From positions 1 to 41,272 of the forward strand of contig CAVWCF010000003.1 in assembly GCA_963753435.1 (NCBI GenBank): 41,272 nt of DNA. Direction: 5' to 3'. Position 1 is the first letter of the stretch; every line of letters starts with the position of its first letter. Origin of the DNA: an uncultured Actinomycetota bacterium. Its GTDB lineage: Bacteria > Actinomycetota > Actinomycetes > CAVWCF01. The translations under genes and the position numbers were made by a program. Shown here piece after piece: positions 9,663-18,816 of this stretch. The notes beneath the pieces are model-generated. The model did not search any database. It saw nothing but the letters and a program-made list of their open reading frames with translations, and was not told the origin of the DNA.

Positions 9663-10454
9663 GTGGTGGCGGACAAGACCGAGGACCTGCGCCAGTTCGA
9701 GACGGTGGTGCTGGCACCCGTTTGCCGACGGCTGGGCCTGTCCTACAGCAGCCTCGCCTCGGTGGCCGATGTCCGAGTCGACTTCCGCATTGACCAGATG
9801 CCGTATCGCATGGCCATCGACGTCGGCGAACCCGGGCCCGCAGCCACTGCCGGCGGCGCACCGCGAGTAGCCGCAGACCGGTTCGAATACGTCCACTTCA
9901 ACTCCCAGCAGGTGCGCGACGATCCCGCTTTCTGCGCGGAGTACCTGGTGCGGGAGTTGGTCGGCCAGCACGCGGCCGCCAGCGCCCCGGCGGGCAAGGG
10001 GCAACTACCTGCACCGCCGCTGGACCAGGCGATGCTGGACGAGATCAAGACCGAGGTCGCCCAGGCCAACGATCAGGTCAAGGACCCGGACGCTGCGTGG
10101 AAGAAGTGGGCACCCATCGCCGCGGCGGCCCTGGTCATCATCGGCGGCCTCGCCGTACCGGCGCTCAACTCCCTGCGCAGCGACGACCCCGAGCCGGCGC
10201 CGGTCGCGGTAGCAGCCACCTGCCAGGTGGCCGGCGCGTCGACTACAAGCGAGGGGCTCAGCGGCCCAGGAACGACCGAGGACGGCACGCCCTGCTGCCC
10301 GGAGGAGGCCCCGCTCAAGGGCGACCCCGACTCACTCGCGTACTACACCCCAGACCAAGCCGGCTACGACTCGGTCACTCCCCAGGTTTGCTTCACCACG
10401 CCGGAGTCGGCGCAGTCCTTCGGCTTCTCCGCCGCAAACGGCACCGCGTCCTGA
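9663..10454 (+). CDS. Single-pass membrane protein with a degenerate DUF559-like N-domain, a TM helix and a C-terminal 'sunset'-like Cys motif domain
   Basis: RVDF..MAIDVG..HFNSQQVRDDP.FC; TM WAPIAAAALVIIGGLAVP; CP...LKGD..YYTP..GYD.V.P..CF.T...A..FGF. The 5' part of ORF 9330 is antisense to desA, so the start is inferred. Confidence 0.65.
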   Translation: MVADKTEDLRQFETVVLAPVCRRLGLSYSSLASVADVRVDFRIDQMPYRMAIDVGEPGPAATAGGAPRVAADRFEYVHFNSQQVRDDPAFCAEYLVRELVGQHAAASAPAGKGQLPAPPLDQAMLDEIKTEVAQANDQVKDPDAAWKKWAPIAAAALVIIGGLAVPALNSLRSDDPEPAPVAVAATCQVAGASTTSEGLSGPGTTEDGTPCCPEEAPLKGDPDSLAYYTPDQAGYDSVTPQVCFTTPESAQSFGFSAANGTAS

Positions 10455-10524
10455 CCCAGCGAACCGCGCGGCCACCTGGCCCCGGCCCCCTGGACGTCGC
10501 CGGTCCCCTAGTTCTGGCGCGCCC

Positions 10525-11280
10525 TCAGTCGTAGTGCTTCATGGTCCGCACGTCCAGGGCCACCATCGCGGCTACGAATAGCCCGGCCACCAAGAAACCG
10601 GGCGCGATCATCGACCAGTTGAAGTCCTCCAACACCAGTGACCGCATCGACTCGACCACGTACGTGACCGGGTTGAGGCTCGCCGCGATCTCCATCGGCC
10701 GGGTCAGCAGTTCCCGGGGCACGAAGTTGGGTGTCACGAACAGCAGCGGGAAGAAGATGAGACTGGCTGAGTTGGTCGCGGCTGCGCTGCGCGTCTTCAA
10801 CGCGACGAACTGCAAGAAACCGGCGTAGCCGATCGCCCACAGTGCGGCCAGCACTGCCAGCAGCAGGAAGCCGATCGGCCCACTGGCTATGGAGACCCCG
10901 AAGAGCAGGGACACCAGCACGAGAACCGTGGTCATGAGCACGCTCTGCACGGCGACCGCGACCAAGCGGCCCATCACCAGCGACGAGCGCGCAATTGGAG
11001 TGGCCCGCAGCTTGTCGAAGTAGCCGTCCTCGATCTCCTCCACCAAGTACAGCGCGGCGGTACCGAAGGACGCAGCAAGCAGCAGGGAGCTCGGCAACTG
11101 GAAGGCCGCGTAGGACTGGCCTTCGAGGAACGGCGCGGAGTCGGCGGTGAAGATCCGAGCCACCTGGCCGACGTTGACCACCAGAAAGAACAGCGGAATG
11201 AACAGGGTGGGCAGGATCGCGTCCAGGGTGCGGCGACTCTCCCGCAACGCGCGCTCACCCAGGACGGCCAACGCGTTCAT
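10525..11280 (-). CDS. ABC-2 type exporter permease (DrrB-like)
   Basis: GYFDKLRATP and NPVTYVVESMRSL motifs, 6 TM segments, coupled to the upstream ATPase. Confidence 0.9.
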   Translation of the reverse strand: MNALAVLGERALRESRRTLDAILPTLFIPLFFLVVNVGQVARIFTADSAPFLEGQSYAAFQLPSSLLLAASFGTAALYLVEEIEDGYFDKLRATPIARSSLVMGRLVAVAVQSVLMTTVLVLVSLLFGVSIASGPIGFLLLAVLAALWAIGYAGFLQFVALKTRSAAATNSASLIFFPLLFVTPNFVPRELLTRPMEIAASLNPVTYVVESMRSLVLEDFNWSMIAPGFLVAGLFVAAMVALDVRTMKHYD

Positions 11281-12077
11281 GCCTGCACCTCGCTGACGTC
11301 GCCGGCGCTGCGTTCACGGCGCCGCCCGGTGACATCAAGAAAGACGTCATCAAGGGTGGGTTCGGTGGTCAGACCCTTTCGCTGTTTCAGTTCGGCCTTG
11401 AGTTCGCCTGGGGAGCCTTCGCTAACCACCAGGCCGCCATCGATGATCGCCAGCCGCTGACACAGCGCGTCGGCTTCTTCCAGGTACTGAGTGGTCAAGA
11501 AGACCGTCGTGCCCATGGCGTTGATTCGCCGGACCTCGTCCCAGACGACCAGCCGGCTGGCCGGGTCGAGGCCGGTGGTGGGCTCATCCAGGAACAGCAC
11601 TTCGGGCCGGTGCACGAGCGCCGACGCCAAGTCCAGGCGCCGCTTCATCCCGCCGGAATAGGTCTTGGTCAACCGGTCCGCCGCGTCAGTCAACTCGACG
11701 AGTTCGAGCAGTTCCTCCGCACGCGCCGCGGCTTCCGCGCGAGTTGAACCGAACAGCCGGGATTGCAAGGTGAGCAACTCGCGGCCGGTCTGCCGCGGGT
11801 CCAGACCGGCTTCCTGCAACGCCACCCCGATCTTGTGTCGCGCACCGTCGGGGTCGGCAGCCACATCGACGCCAGCCACTCGGGCACGACCGGACGTGAT
11901 CGACGACAGCGTCGTCAGCATGCGGACCGTGGTGGACTTGCCGGCACCGTTGGGTCCGAGGAAGCCGAAGATCTCCCCGGTTTCGACCAACAGGTCGACC
12001 CCGCGAACCGCCTCGATATCGCCGTCTTTGGACTTGAACGTCTTGGTGAGCCGCTCAGCGGCCACAGCCTCTGTCAT
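11277..12077 (-). CDS. ABC exporter ATP-binding protein (DrrA-like)
   Basis: GPNGAGKST, YSGGMKRRLDLA, LDEPTTGLDP, TTQYLEEAD, PTLDDVFL. Confidence 0.93.
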   Translation of the reverse strand: MTEAVAAERLTKTFKSKDGDIEAVRGVDLLVETGEIFGFLGPNGAGKSTTVRMLTTLSSITSGRARVAGVDVAADPDGARHKIGVALQEAGLDPRQTGRELLTLQSRLFGSTRAEAAARAEELLELVELTDAADRLTKTYSGGMKRRLDLASALVHRPEVLFLDEPTTGLDPASRLVVWDEVRRINAMGTTVFLTTQYLEEADALCQRLAIIDGGLVVSEGSPGELKAELKQRKGLTTEPTLDDVFLDVTGRRRERSAGDVSEVQA

Positions 12078-12165
12078 GAGGTGAACCGTATGGCTCTGAG
12101 CCGACAACGGCGCCCGCGAGCGCGATCAACCCGCTCCCCAGCGCCTTGTACGGCAGCATGGGCCA

Positions 12166-13092
12166 GTGGCTCTCGTGAAGATCCCCCCGGCGGCCGGGCT
12201 CCCGGAACGCTCCGCGCACCTGGCCGTCGGCGCCGGCACCTGGGCGATCACGCTTGTCGATCGGGCCACCGGCGGTGCCGGCCGGACCCCGGCACTACTC
12301 GACGCCGCCATCGGGGCCGCCGCGATCACCGCCGAGACCGCCGCACGCACCGGCACTGCCGTGACACATGTGCTCGCCCCCGTTGTTCGGGTGGCCGCCC
12401 ATCCGCCGCTGATTCCCAGCCGATTCGCCCCTGGGCGCGTCTGGCAGTCGATCATCGAGCGCGGACGACTGGAACGGGCCCTTTCCACTGAGCAACTGGA
12501 CGCGGCCGTCAACTCTGCGGCCCCAGCACTGGTCCCGGCGATCCTCGATGAGGTGCTCAACCAGATCGACCTGACCGAGTTGGTCGTGGCCCGGGTTGAC
12601 CTGAACCGCGTGGTTACCGGCGCCCTGGATTCCCTCGACCTCACCGAAATCGTCCTCACCCGCGTCGACCTCGAACGCATCGTCAACACCGCACTGGAAT
12701 CCCTCGACCTCACCGAAATCGTCCTCACCCGCGTCGACCTCGAACGCATCGTCAACACCGCACTGGAATCCCTCGACCTCACCGAAATCGTCCTCACCCG
12801 CGTCGACCTCGAACGCATCGTCAACACCGCACTGGAATCCCTCGACCTCACCGAAATCGTCCTCACCCGCGTCGACCTGGTCCGAATCGCCGAAGACGTG
12901 ATCGAGGCAATTGACCTGCCGGCGATCATTCGGGAGTCCACCGGCGGTGTAGCCACCGAGACAGTGCGGGGCGTGCGCATGCAGTCCATCGAGGTGGACG
13001 AGGCCGTGCAGGGTTTCGTCGACCGCATGCTGCGACGCAGACATGAGCGCGATTCCAAAGCGGCGCACTTCGATGACGAGCCCAAGCAATGA
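12166..13092 (+). CDS. Hypothetical protein with 23-aa tandem helical repeats
   Basis: Repeats of SLDLTEIVLTRVDLERIVNTALE, C-terminal IDLPAIIRESTG, ATGA coupling to the RDD gene. Confidence 0.8.
   Translation: MALVKIPPAAGLPERSAHLAVGAGTWAITLVDRATGGAGRTPALLDAAIGAAAITAETAARTGTAVTHVLAPVVRVAAHPPLIPSRFAPGRVWQSIIERGRLERALSTEQLDAAVNSAAPALVPAILDEVLNQIDLTELVVARVDLNRVVTGALDSLDLTEIVLTRVDLERIVNTALESLDLTEIVLTRVDLERIVNTALESLDLTEIVLTRVDLERIVNTALESLDLTEIVLTRVDLVRIAEDVIEAIDLPAIIRESTGGVATETVRGVRMQSIEVDEAVQGFVDRMLRRRHERDSKAAHFDDEPKQ
12631..12878 (+). repeat. Perfect 69-bp tandem repeat, about 3.6 copies, in frame
   Basis: Identical units start at 12631, 12700 and 12769, with a 41-bp partial copy at 12838. Confidence 0.97.
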
Positions 13093-13613
13093 GTGACGCC
13101 GTGGGCTCGGCGGCGGATCCGGCCGAGCACGCGATCCCTCGGGAGGCGCGTCCGTATCAGGGTCACCGCGCCGGCATCGCCAGCCGGTTCCTGGCGGACA
13201 GCATCGACCTGGTCGTGATCCTCGTTTCGATGGCGGGGATCTACCTGGGCTCGGCGGCGGTGCAGTTCCTACTTGACCCGCGCTCCGGAGGCAGTTGGCC
13301 CAGCGTCCCCGGCTGGCTGATTCTGATCGCCTACTTCGTCGTGGCTGTGCTCTACCTGGCGGTCGGTTGGTGGATCACCGGACGAACCGTGGGCAAGGGT
13401 CTGATCGGGCTTCGGGTCCTCGGTGCCCGCCAGTCGCGGATGAACCCGATCGCGGCCCTGCTCCGCGCCACGTTCTGCGTCTTCTTCCCCATCGGGCTGT
13501 TCTGGGTGGTCTTCAGCGACGAGAACCGATCCCTGGCCGACACCCTGCTGCGGTCCTCGGTCATCTACGACTGGCGGCGCAACCGACGCCCCGACGGCGG
13601 CGAGACGCAGTAG
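13089..13613 (+). CDS. RDD family membrane protein
   Basis: AGIASRFLADSID, GRTVGK...GLRV, RSLAD..LRSSVIY. Confidence 0.9.
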   Translation: MSDAVGSAADPAEHAIPREARPYQGHRAGIASRFLADSIDLVVILVSMAGIYLGSAAVQFLLDPRSGGSWPSVPGWLILIAYFVVAVLYLAVGWWITGRTVGKGLIGLRVLGARQSRMNPIAALLRATFCVFFPIGLFWVVFSDENRSLADTLLRSSVIYDWRRNRRPDGGETQ

Positions 13614-13629
13614 TAGGCGTCACGCCCTC

Positions 13630-15792
13630 CTAGCGCAGGTGTCCCGCCCAGGCGCGGCCGCGACGACCCTGTGCGCGCACGACTTCCCACCTGGCGCCCG
13701 CGCCAACCAGGAGCACCCCGACGCCGGTGAGCACCAGCCACGGCGGGATCCGGTCGGCCAGGTCGACCAGTTGCGCCCCCACCACTAGGACCAGGCAGAC
13801 CAGCCCCGGCCAGAAGACCCCGGCCCAGCGTTGCCTGGCACCGACAACAGCGAGCGCGGCCGCGACAACAGCGAGGCTCAGGCCGCGCACCAAGGCAGCG
13901 GTGCTTACCGGCTGCTCGCCCAGGAAGAGACTGGAGAACCAACGATCGGTCGTATCGCTCAGGACTGACAGCGTGGACGGCGCCAGCAAAGCCACCAGCC
14001 CGGGGGCGACGATGATCAGTGTCGGCAGGGTTCGAGGGCGCGCGATCCAGGCATGCACGGCACCGGCGGCGGCCAGTGGGGCGGCCAAGGCCAAGCCGAG
14101 CAACTCCGGTGTGGACCACGCCGAGGTGTCCCAGGCGGCCACGGCGGCCAGCACGCCGCCGACGGCTGTAGCGGCCCCCAGCCACAACGGCCACGGCTCC
14201 CGAACCCGGGCGCTGAGCAGCAGGACGCCGGACCCGGTGACCAGCAGCGCGGCCGCCACGGCCGTGGCGGCCGCTGGCAGATCGGCGTTCCAGGAGCCCG
14301 TTGCGTAGACAGCGCCGCGATCGGAGTCGGCGGCGGCCATGCCGATCCAAGGGACCAGGACCACCACGGGCCAGACCGGGATGACGAAGCGCTGCGTCCA
14401 CTCCGGTACTGGCCGGTCTCGCAGCAGTCGTGCCGCCACCGCAGCCAACGCGGTGGTCACCAGGCCCAGCAGCGCCCCGCGCAGCCACGGGTAGGCGTCG
14501 CGAACCGCATCGGTGCCCTGGAAGTCGTCGTACTCGCGCAGTCCCGGCGCGTATGCCAGCAGCGCGGCGACGCTGATCGCGGTCGCCACCGCGGCCACCC
14601 ATGGGGTGAGTACCGACAGCACGTCCGCGATCCGGCGATGGTGCGCATGGGCGTGCGCGATGAGGCCGATCCACGAACCCGCCCAAACCAGCAGGACCAG
14701 CGCGGTCCAGGGGCGTTGCGCCGGCACACCGAGTGTGGCAACCAGAGCCAGAGCGACAACCCCGTGCAACGCGACGGACCCGGCCAGCAGCGCGGGCCAG
14801 CGCGCACCAGTGATGCGGTCCAGCAACAGCAGTGCTGCGGCAACGAGCAGCACGGTGGCCAGCGGCAACAGCCAGTCGGGAAGACCGCCGGCAGAGTCGG
14901 CAACGAGACGCGACGCCTGATCGGCGGCCGGACCGGCGGCGATCACCAGCCAAACCGTGGCGGGCCAGGACCAGGCCACCGTGTCGTCTACCGCTCCCCA
15001 AGCCAAAATGGCAAGGCCACTCAAGACGAATACCGCCGCCGCCCAACCGGGCGCCCAGTCGCCGTCCCACTCCCCGAGCAGCGGCAGGGCCGCGATCGCG
15101 AGGACGGCCAGAACGGCGGAACTGATGGCGACGGCTGCGGCCGCACCGGGCAACCGAGACTTGATCCTGCGCGCATAGGCGACGCCGGCGACACCGATGC
15201 CAGCGGCTAGGACGGCCACCGGAACGGCACGATCCGGTTCGGTGTTGGCCATCAAGAAGACGACGTCGACGACGACGAGCAGCGATCCGGCGATGGCAAG
15301 GGTGCTCGCAGTCGCCTTGATCCGAGGCGCCGACCACCACGCGATGAGCAACGCCAGCAGCCCGGCGATCAGCAGGGCGGAGAAGCGGCCGACGTCGGAC
15401 AACGTGCCCCAGGCAACGGCAACGAAAGTGATGCCGGCCGCCACCAACGCGAATGCACCAGCCGTCAGGAGGCACCCCTGCGCGGTACCGGTCCGGGGTT
15501 GCTGCGGGAGTGGCGTTGTCGCGATGCCCGGAGCCGCGGCGGTCGTGGCGGCGGCTCCGAGCGCGGCAGCAGGTGATTGTTCGGGGCTGGCCGCCAGGTA
15601 GTCGGCCATGGCCGCAACCCAGGACCGGCGCTGGCCGACCCAGTCCTGAAGGCGGTCCAGGTAACCGAGTTCAGCAACCAGTTCCGGCGGTAGCAGCAGC
15701 CCGCAGCCGGAGCACTCGGCGGGTTGGTCAGCTGAGACAACCGCCAGCAGTGCACCGCACCGAGGGCACTGCGGAGTTGTCCGTGCTTCCAC
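13630..15792 (-). CDS. Large polytopic membrane protein (SCO7613 C-terminal domain type) with an N-terminal zinc ribbon
   Basis: CPRC...CSGC at the N-terminus, many TM helices, PELLGL and PPWLVL..VG.LL..GARWE at the C-terminus. Confidence 0.75.
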   Translation of the reverse strand: MEARTTPQCPRCGALLAVVSADQPAECSGCGLLLPPELVAELGYLDRLQDWVGQRRSWVAAMADYLAASPEQSPAAALGAAATTAAAPGIATTPLPQQPRTGTAQGCLLTAGAFALVAAGITFVAVAWGTLSDVGRFSALLIAGLLALLIAWWSAPRIKATASTLAIAGSLLVVVDVVFLMANTEPDRAVPVAVLAAGIGVAGVAYARRIKSRLPGAAAAVAISSAVLAVLAIAALPLLGEWDGDWAPGWAAAVFVLSGLAILAWGAVDDTVAWSWPATVWLVIAAGPAADQASRLVADSAGGLPDWLLPLATVLLVAAALLLLDRITGARWPALLAGSVALHGVVALALVATLGVPAQRPWTALVLLVWAGSWIGLIAHAHAHHRRIADVLSVLTPWVAAVATAISVAALLAYAPGLREYDDFQGTDAVRDAYPWLRGALLGLVTTALAAVAARLLRDRPVPEWTQRFVIPVWPVVVLVPWIGMAAADSDRGAVYATGSWNADLPAAATAVAAALLVTGSGVLLLSARVREPWPLWLGAATAVGGVLAAVAAWDTSAWSTPELLGLALAAPLAAAGAVHAWIARPRTLPTLIIVAPGLVALLAPSTLSVLSDTTDRWFSSLFLGEQPVSTAALVRGLSLAVVAAALAVVGARQRWAGVFWPGLVCLVLVVGAQLVDLADRIPPWLVLTGVGVLLVGAGARWEVVRAQGRRGRAWAGHLR

Positions 15793-15851
15793 GGCAACAG
15801 CCTGTCAGGCGCACGCCCAACGATGTCGCCATTGCCGCGCGGAGTGTGCGC

Positions 15852-16376
15852 TTAGGCGCCAACTTCCGAAATGGGGATGACGACCTCATTGCGGCGCATG
15901 AACGGCGGCTTCCAGGGCGGATCGAAGCGCGCGTAACGGGGTCGGCCGGTGGCGGTGAGCCCAGCCGCTTCGATCGCCCGCTCCAACTGCTCGACATGAG
16001 TTTGGTAGGACCCCAAAGTCCAACGACCGGAGTATCGCGAGACCGCGGCCATCTGCTCGGGCACCTCATGCACGCTGACCGCCGCGGTGCTGGGGACGGG
16101 CAGGTCGGCCACCGACGAACCGGCGGGCATGACGAACGACACCCGGTGCCTGGTCAGGTCTTCGGTCGCTTCTTGGATCACCGGTGCGGTCATGGCGATC
16201 TTCGCCCCGGAGTTGTTGCGCCCGCTGATGTAGGACACCAGGGGGCGGAAGGCCGCGTTGCCGGCGCTCTCGAAGCGCCCGGACAGTTCCACCTCTGCCA
16301 CCACGTGCGCCGGGTACCGGCGCACCTCAAAACCGGGGAACGTGCGGACCACTTGGTATTCCTGCTGTTCGGTCAT
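15852..16376 (-). CDS. SOUL heme-binding protein
   Basis: EVRRYP, AFRPLVSYISG.N, KIAMTAPV, FVMP, ARFDPPW.P.FMRRNEV. Confidence 0.93.
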   Translation of the reverse strand: MTEQQEYQVVRTFPGFEVRRYPAHVVAEVELSGRFESAGNAAFRPLVSYISGRNNSGAKIAMTAPVIQEATEDLTRHRVSFVMPAGSSVADLPVPSTAAVSVHEVPEQMAAVSRYSGRWTLGSYQTHVEQLERAIEAAGLTATGRPRYARFDPPWKPPFMRRNEVVIPISEVGA

Positions 16377-16475
16377 GACACCAAGTTAAGGCGGGTCGGC
16401 GGCCTTCGCACTGCGAGAATCCCGTGGAGGTCCGTGAATCCCGATATACGGCGCCCAGGTGCGAGGAGGTGGCCC

Positions 16476-16901
16476 ATGCCCGGCCCTATCTCCGTGCGCC
16501 CCGGCCTGGTCATTCCAGAGTCGGAGTTGTCGTGGCGGTTCTCCCGCAGTTCGGGCCCCGGGGGCCAAGGGGTCAACACCACCGACTCCCGCGTCGAGTT
16601 GTCCTTTGACGTCGCCAACAGCCCCTCACTGGGCCCGACTCAGCGCAAACGGGCGCTGCAACGACTGGATCGGCGGCTGACCGCAGGGGTGCTGGTGATC
16701 ACCGCGAGCGAACACCGCTCGCAGCTTCGAAATCGAGAGGCCGCCGAAGGCCGACTGGCGGAATTGCTCCGGGATGCGACGGCCCAACCGCCGAAGGCCC
16801 GGCGACCTACCCGCGCCACTCGCGCATCTGTCGAACGCCGCATCTCCGGCAAGAAGCGCCGAAGTGAGGTCAAGCGACTTCGCCGCGACACCGACGACTG
16901 A
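16476..16901 (+). CDS. arfB: Alternative ribosome-rescue peptidyl-tRNA hydrolase ArfB
   Basis: FSRSSGPGGQGVN, RSQLRNR, basic tail RRPTR...KKRRSEVKRLR. GAGGAGG RBS. Confidence 0.95.
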   Translation: MPGPISVRPGLVIPESELSWRFSRSSGPGGQGVNTTDSRVELSFDVANSPSLGPTQRKRALQRLDRRLTAGVLVITASEHRSQLRNREAAEGRLAELLRDATAQPPKARRPTRATRASVERRISGKKRRSEVKRLRRDTDD

Positions 16902-16921
16902 GCTGGCGACCGGAGGCGCCG

Positions 16922-17590
16922 TTAGTCCAACCCGTCGGCTGGGTCCGCGGCCGGCCCAACCGTGTCGGCCAACCACTCCAGAAGTGGCCTGATCTGGCGC
17001 CATCCGGAACGGACCACCGTCAGCGCCTTACGGGTGCCAAGCCACGGTTCGACCGGGTAGTTGCGGCCCAACGTCAGCATCCGCATCCGCAGCAGATCCA
17101 GGTTCGGATCGTCGGCGGGCACTCCACGCGGTCTGGTCTTCACCGGCTGACCGTCGACCTCCCAGCCTTGCTTGCTCGCCTTCTTGATGAGGCCGCGCAC
17201 ATGGCCGGCGTGTCCGCTGCTGACGGCGTCTCGAAACCGCTGCAGTTGCTGGCCCTGCGGGGAGTACCACCCACCTGCGACGAACAGGCCGGACGCGGAA
17301 ACCTGCACGTAGTAGCCGAGCGCATCCTCCAAGTAGACCGCCGCGCCTTGGTGGTCCTTGATCGGCGTCTTGTCCTTGCTGAACCTGGTGTCCCGATACG
17401 GGCGGAACAGGCGCGCCGCCCCGAACTCCGCGGCTAGTTCACCCGTCAGCGCCAGCAAGGGGTCACGCACGTGGCGCTCATAGTCGGCCTTGTGCTGCTG
17501 CCACCAAGGTCGGGTGTTGTTCCCCGCCAGTTTGTCGTAGAACTCGAAAGCCTCGACTGGGAATCCGGTGAATCGGGTCGCGTCAGCCAT
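16922..17590 (-). CDS. DUF2461 family protein
   Basis: FTGFP..F..L..NN.R.W...K..Y and FRPYRDTRFSKDKTP.K. The real start is ATG 17590, inside the 614-aa ORF. Confidence 0.9.
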   Translation of the reverse strand: MADATRFTGFPVEAFEFYDKLAGNNTRPWWQQHKADYERHVRDPLLALTGELAAEFGAARLFRPYRDTRFSKDKTPIKDHQGAAVYLEDALGYYVQVSASGLFVAGGWYSPQGQQLQRFRDAVSSGHAGHVRGLIKKASKQGWEVDGQPVKTRPRGVPADDPNLDLLRMRMLTLGRNYPVEPWLGTRKALTVVRSGWRQIRPLLEWLADTVGPAADPADGLD

Positions 17591-17698
17591 GCGCGGCAAC
17601 GTAACCCGGCGGCGGCTGCTCGCACACCCGTTGACCCCGCGCTGTGGAGAAGTCGGCCAGGCCTGGCCTTTCGGTGGCCGGACCGCCACAGTTGGGCC

Positions 17699-18691
17699 AT
17701 GGGCGAGACCATGCGCGCTGTCGTTCGCTTCGACTACGGCGATCCGGACGTGCTGCGGGTGGCCCAGGTGGCCAAGCCACGTCCGCGTGCCGGGGAGGTG
17801 CTGGTTCGCGTCGTCGCGACCACGGTGAATCGCACCGACTGCGGATTCCGCAGCGGCAAACCCGCGATCGTGCGGCTGTTCTCCGGCGTGCTGCGCCCGA
17901 TCCAACTTGTGCTCGGCAACGAGTTCGCCGGCGTCGTCGATTCGGTGGGTCCGGGGGTGTCGGGCTTCCTGCCCGGCGAAGAAGTGTTCGGGCTGACCGG
18001 CGGGGTGCGCTTCGGCGCGCATGCTGAGTACCTGCGCATGCCCGCCGACGGCGCCCTGATCCGCAAACCGGGATCGATCAGTTTCGCCGAAGCCGCCGCG
18101 CTCGGCGACGGGGTGATGCAAGCGCTGGCGGTGTTGCGCGCCGGCGCTGTCGGCAAGGGCCAACGCGTCCTGGTCAACGGAGCCACGGGATCGATTGGCA
18201 ACTCGTGTGTGCAGCTGGCCGCCCACATGGGTGCGGTGGTGACCGGCGTCTGCCGGGGCGAGCACCTGGACCTCATCCGTTCCCTGGGTGCCGTCGACGC
18301 GATCGACTACACCAAGCAGGACTACACCGCCCTCGATGCGCGCTTCGACGTGGTGCTGGACGCCGTGGGCAAGAGCACGTTCGCGGCCAGCCGGCGGGTG
18401 CTCGAACCCGACGGTGTCTTCGTTTCGACGGATCTGGGACCGGGCGTGCAGAACCCGTTCCTGGTGCTCAGCACGCTTGCTTCGGGCGGCCAGCGCGTGT
18501 GTATGCCCATGCCCAAGGAGAGCCGGGCCGATCTGGAGTTCGGCGCGGAGCTGGTGATGTCCGGTGCGTACCGAGTCTTGATCGACCGCACGTACTCGCT
18601 GGAGGAGATCCCGGAAGCGACTCGCTACGTGGAAACCGAGATGAAGGTCGGAAACGTCGTCGTCATCGTCGATCCGGATCTCGCCGACTGA
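17699..18691 (+). CDS. MDR-family NAD(P)-dependent oxidoreductase (quinone reductase/ADH-like)
   Basis: YGDPDVL, EVLVRV, LGNEFAG, GAHAEY, VLVNGATGSIG, IDYT, FDVVLDAVG, IDRTYSL. Confidence 0.92.
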   Translation: MGETMRAVVRFDYGDPDVLRVAQVAKPRPRAGEVLVRVVATTVNRTDCGFRSGKPAIVRLFSGVLRPIQLVLGNEFAGVVDSVGPGVSGFLPGEEVFGLTGGVRFGAHAEYLRMPADGALIRKPGSISFAEAAALGDGVMQALAVLRAGAVGKGQRVLVNGATGSIGNSCVQLAAHMGAVVTGVCRGEHLDLIRSLGAVDAIDYTKQDYTALDARFDVVLDAVGKSTFAASRRVLEPDGVFVSTDLGPGVQNPFLVLSTLASGGQRVCMPMPKESRADLEFGAELVMSGAYRVLIDRTYSLEEIPEATRYVETEMKVGNVVVIVDPDLAD

Positions 18692-18816
18692 CCGACCACA
18701 GCCACACTCCACCAAGCCCACAACTGTCCGGTTCGACTGTGCATCAAGACTCCGACTAGATGCCATCAGGGGTGCTCTGATGGAAGGTGGGCCCGGCGGC
18801 GGCGTAACGTGACGTC

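Noticed and set aside
12631-12878. Possible CRISPR array
   Set aside because: The units are contiguous 69-mers with no unique spacers, lie in frame within a CDS, and have no cas genes nearby.
13565-15475. 636-aa alternative-frame ORF and similar long overlapping ORFs
   Set aside because: These Arg/Gly/Pro-rich translations are typical stop-poor shadow frames of high-GC DNA and carry no motifs.
15453-16901. 482-aa extended ArfB
   Set aside because: The extension is antisense to SOUL and the membrane protein gene. A strong RBS marks ATG 16476.
16922-18766. 614-aa fusion ORF ending in DUF2461
   Set aside because: The 5' part is the antisense shadow of the oxidoreductase gene. The real start is ATG 17590, which has its own -10 element.
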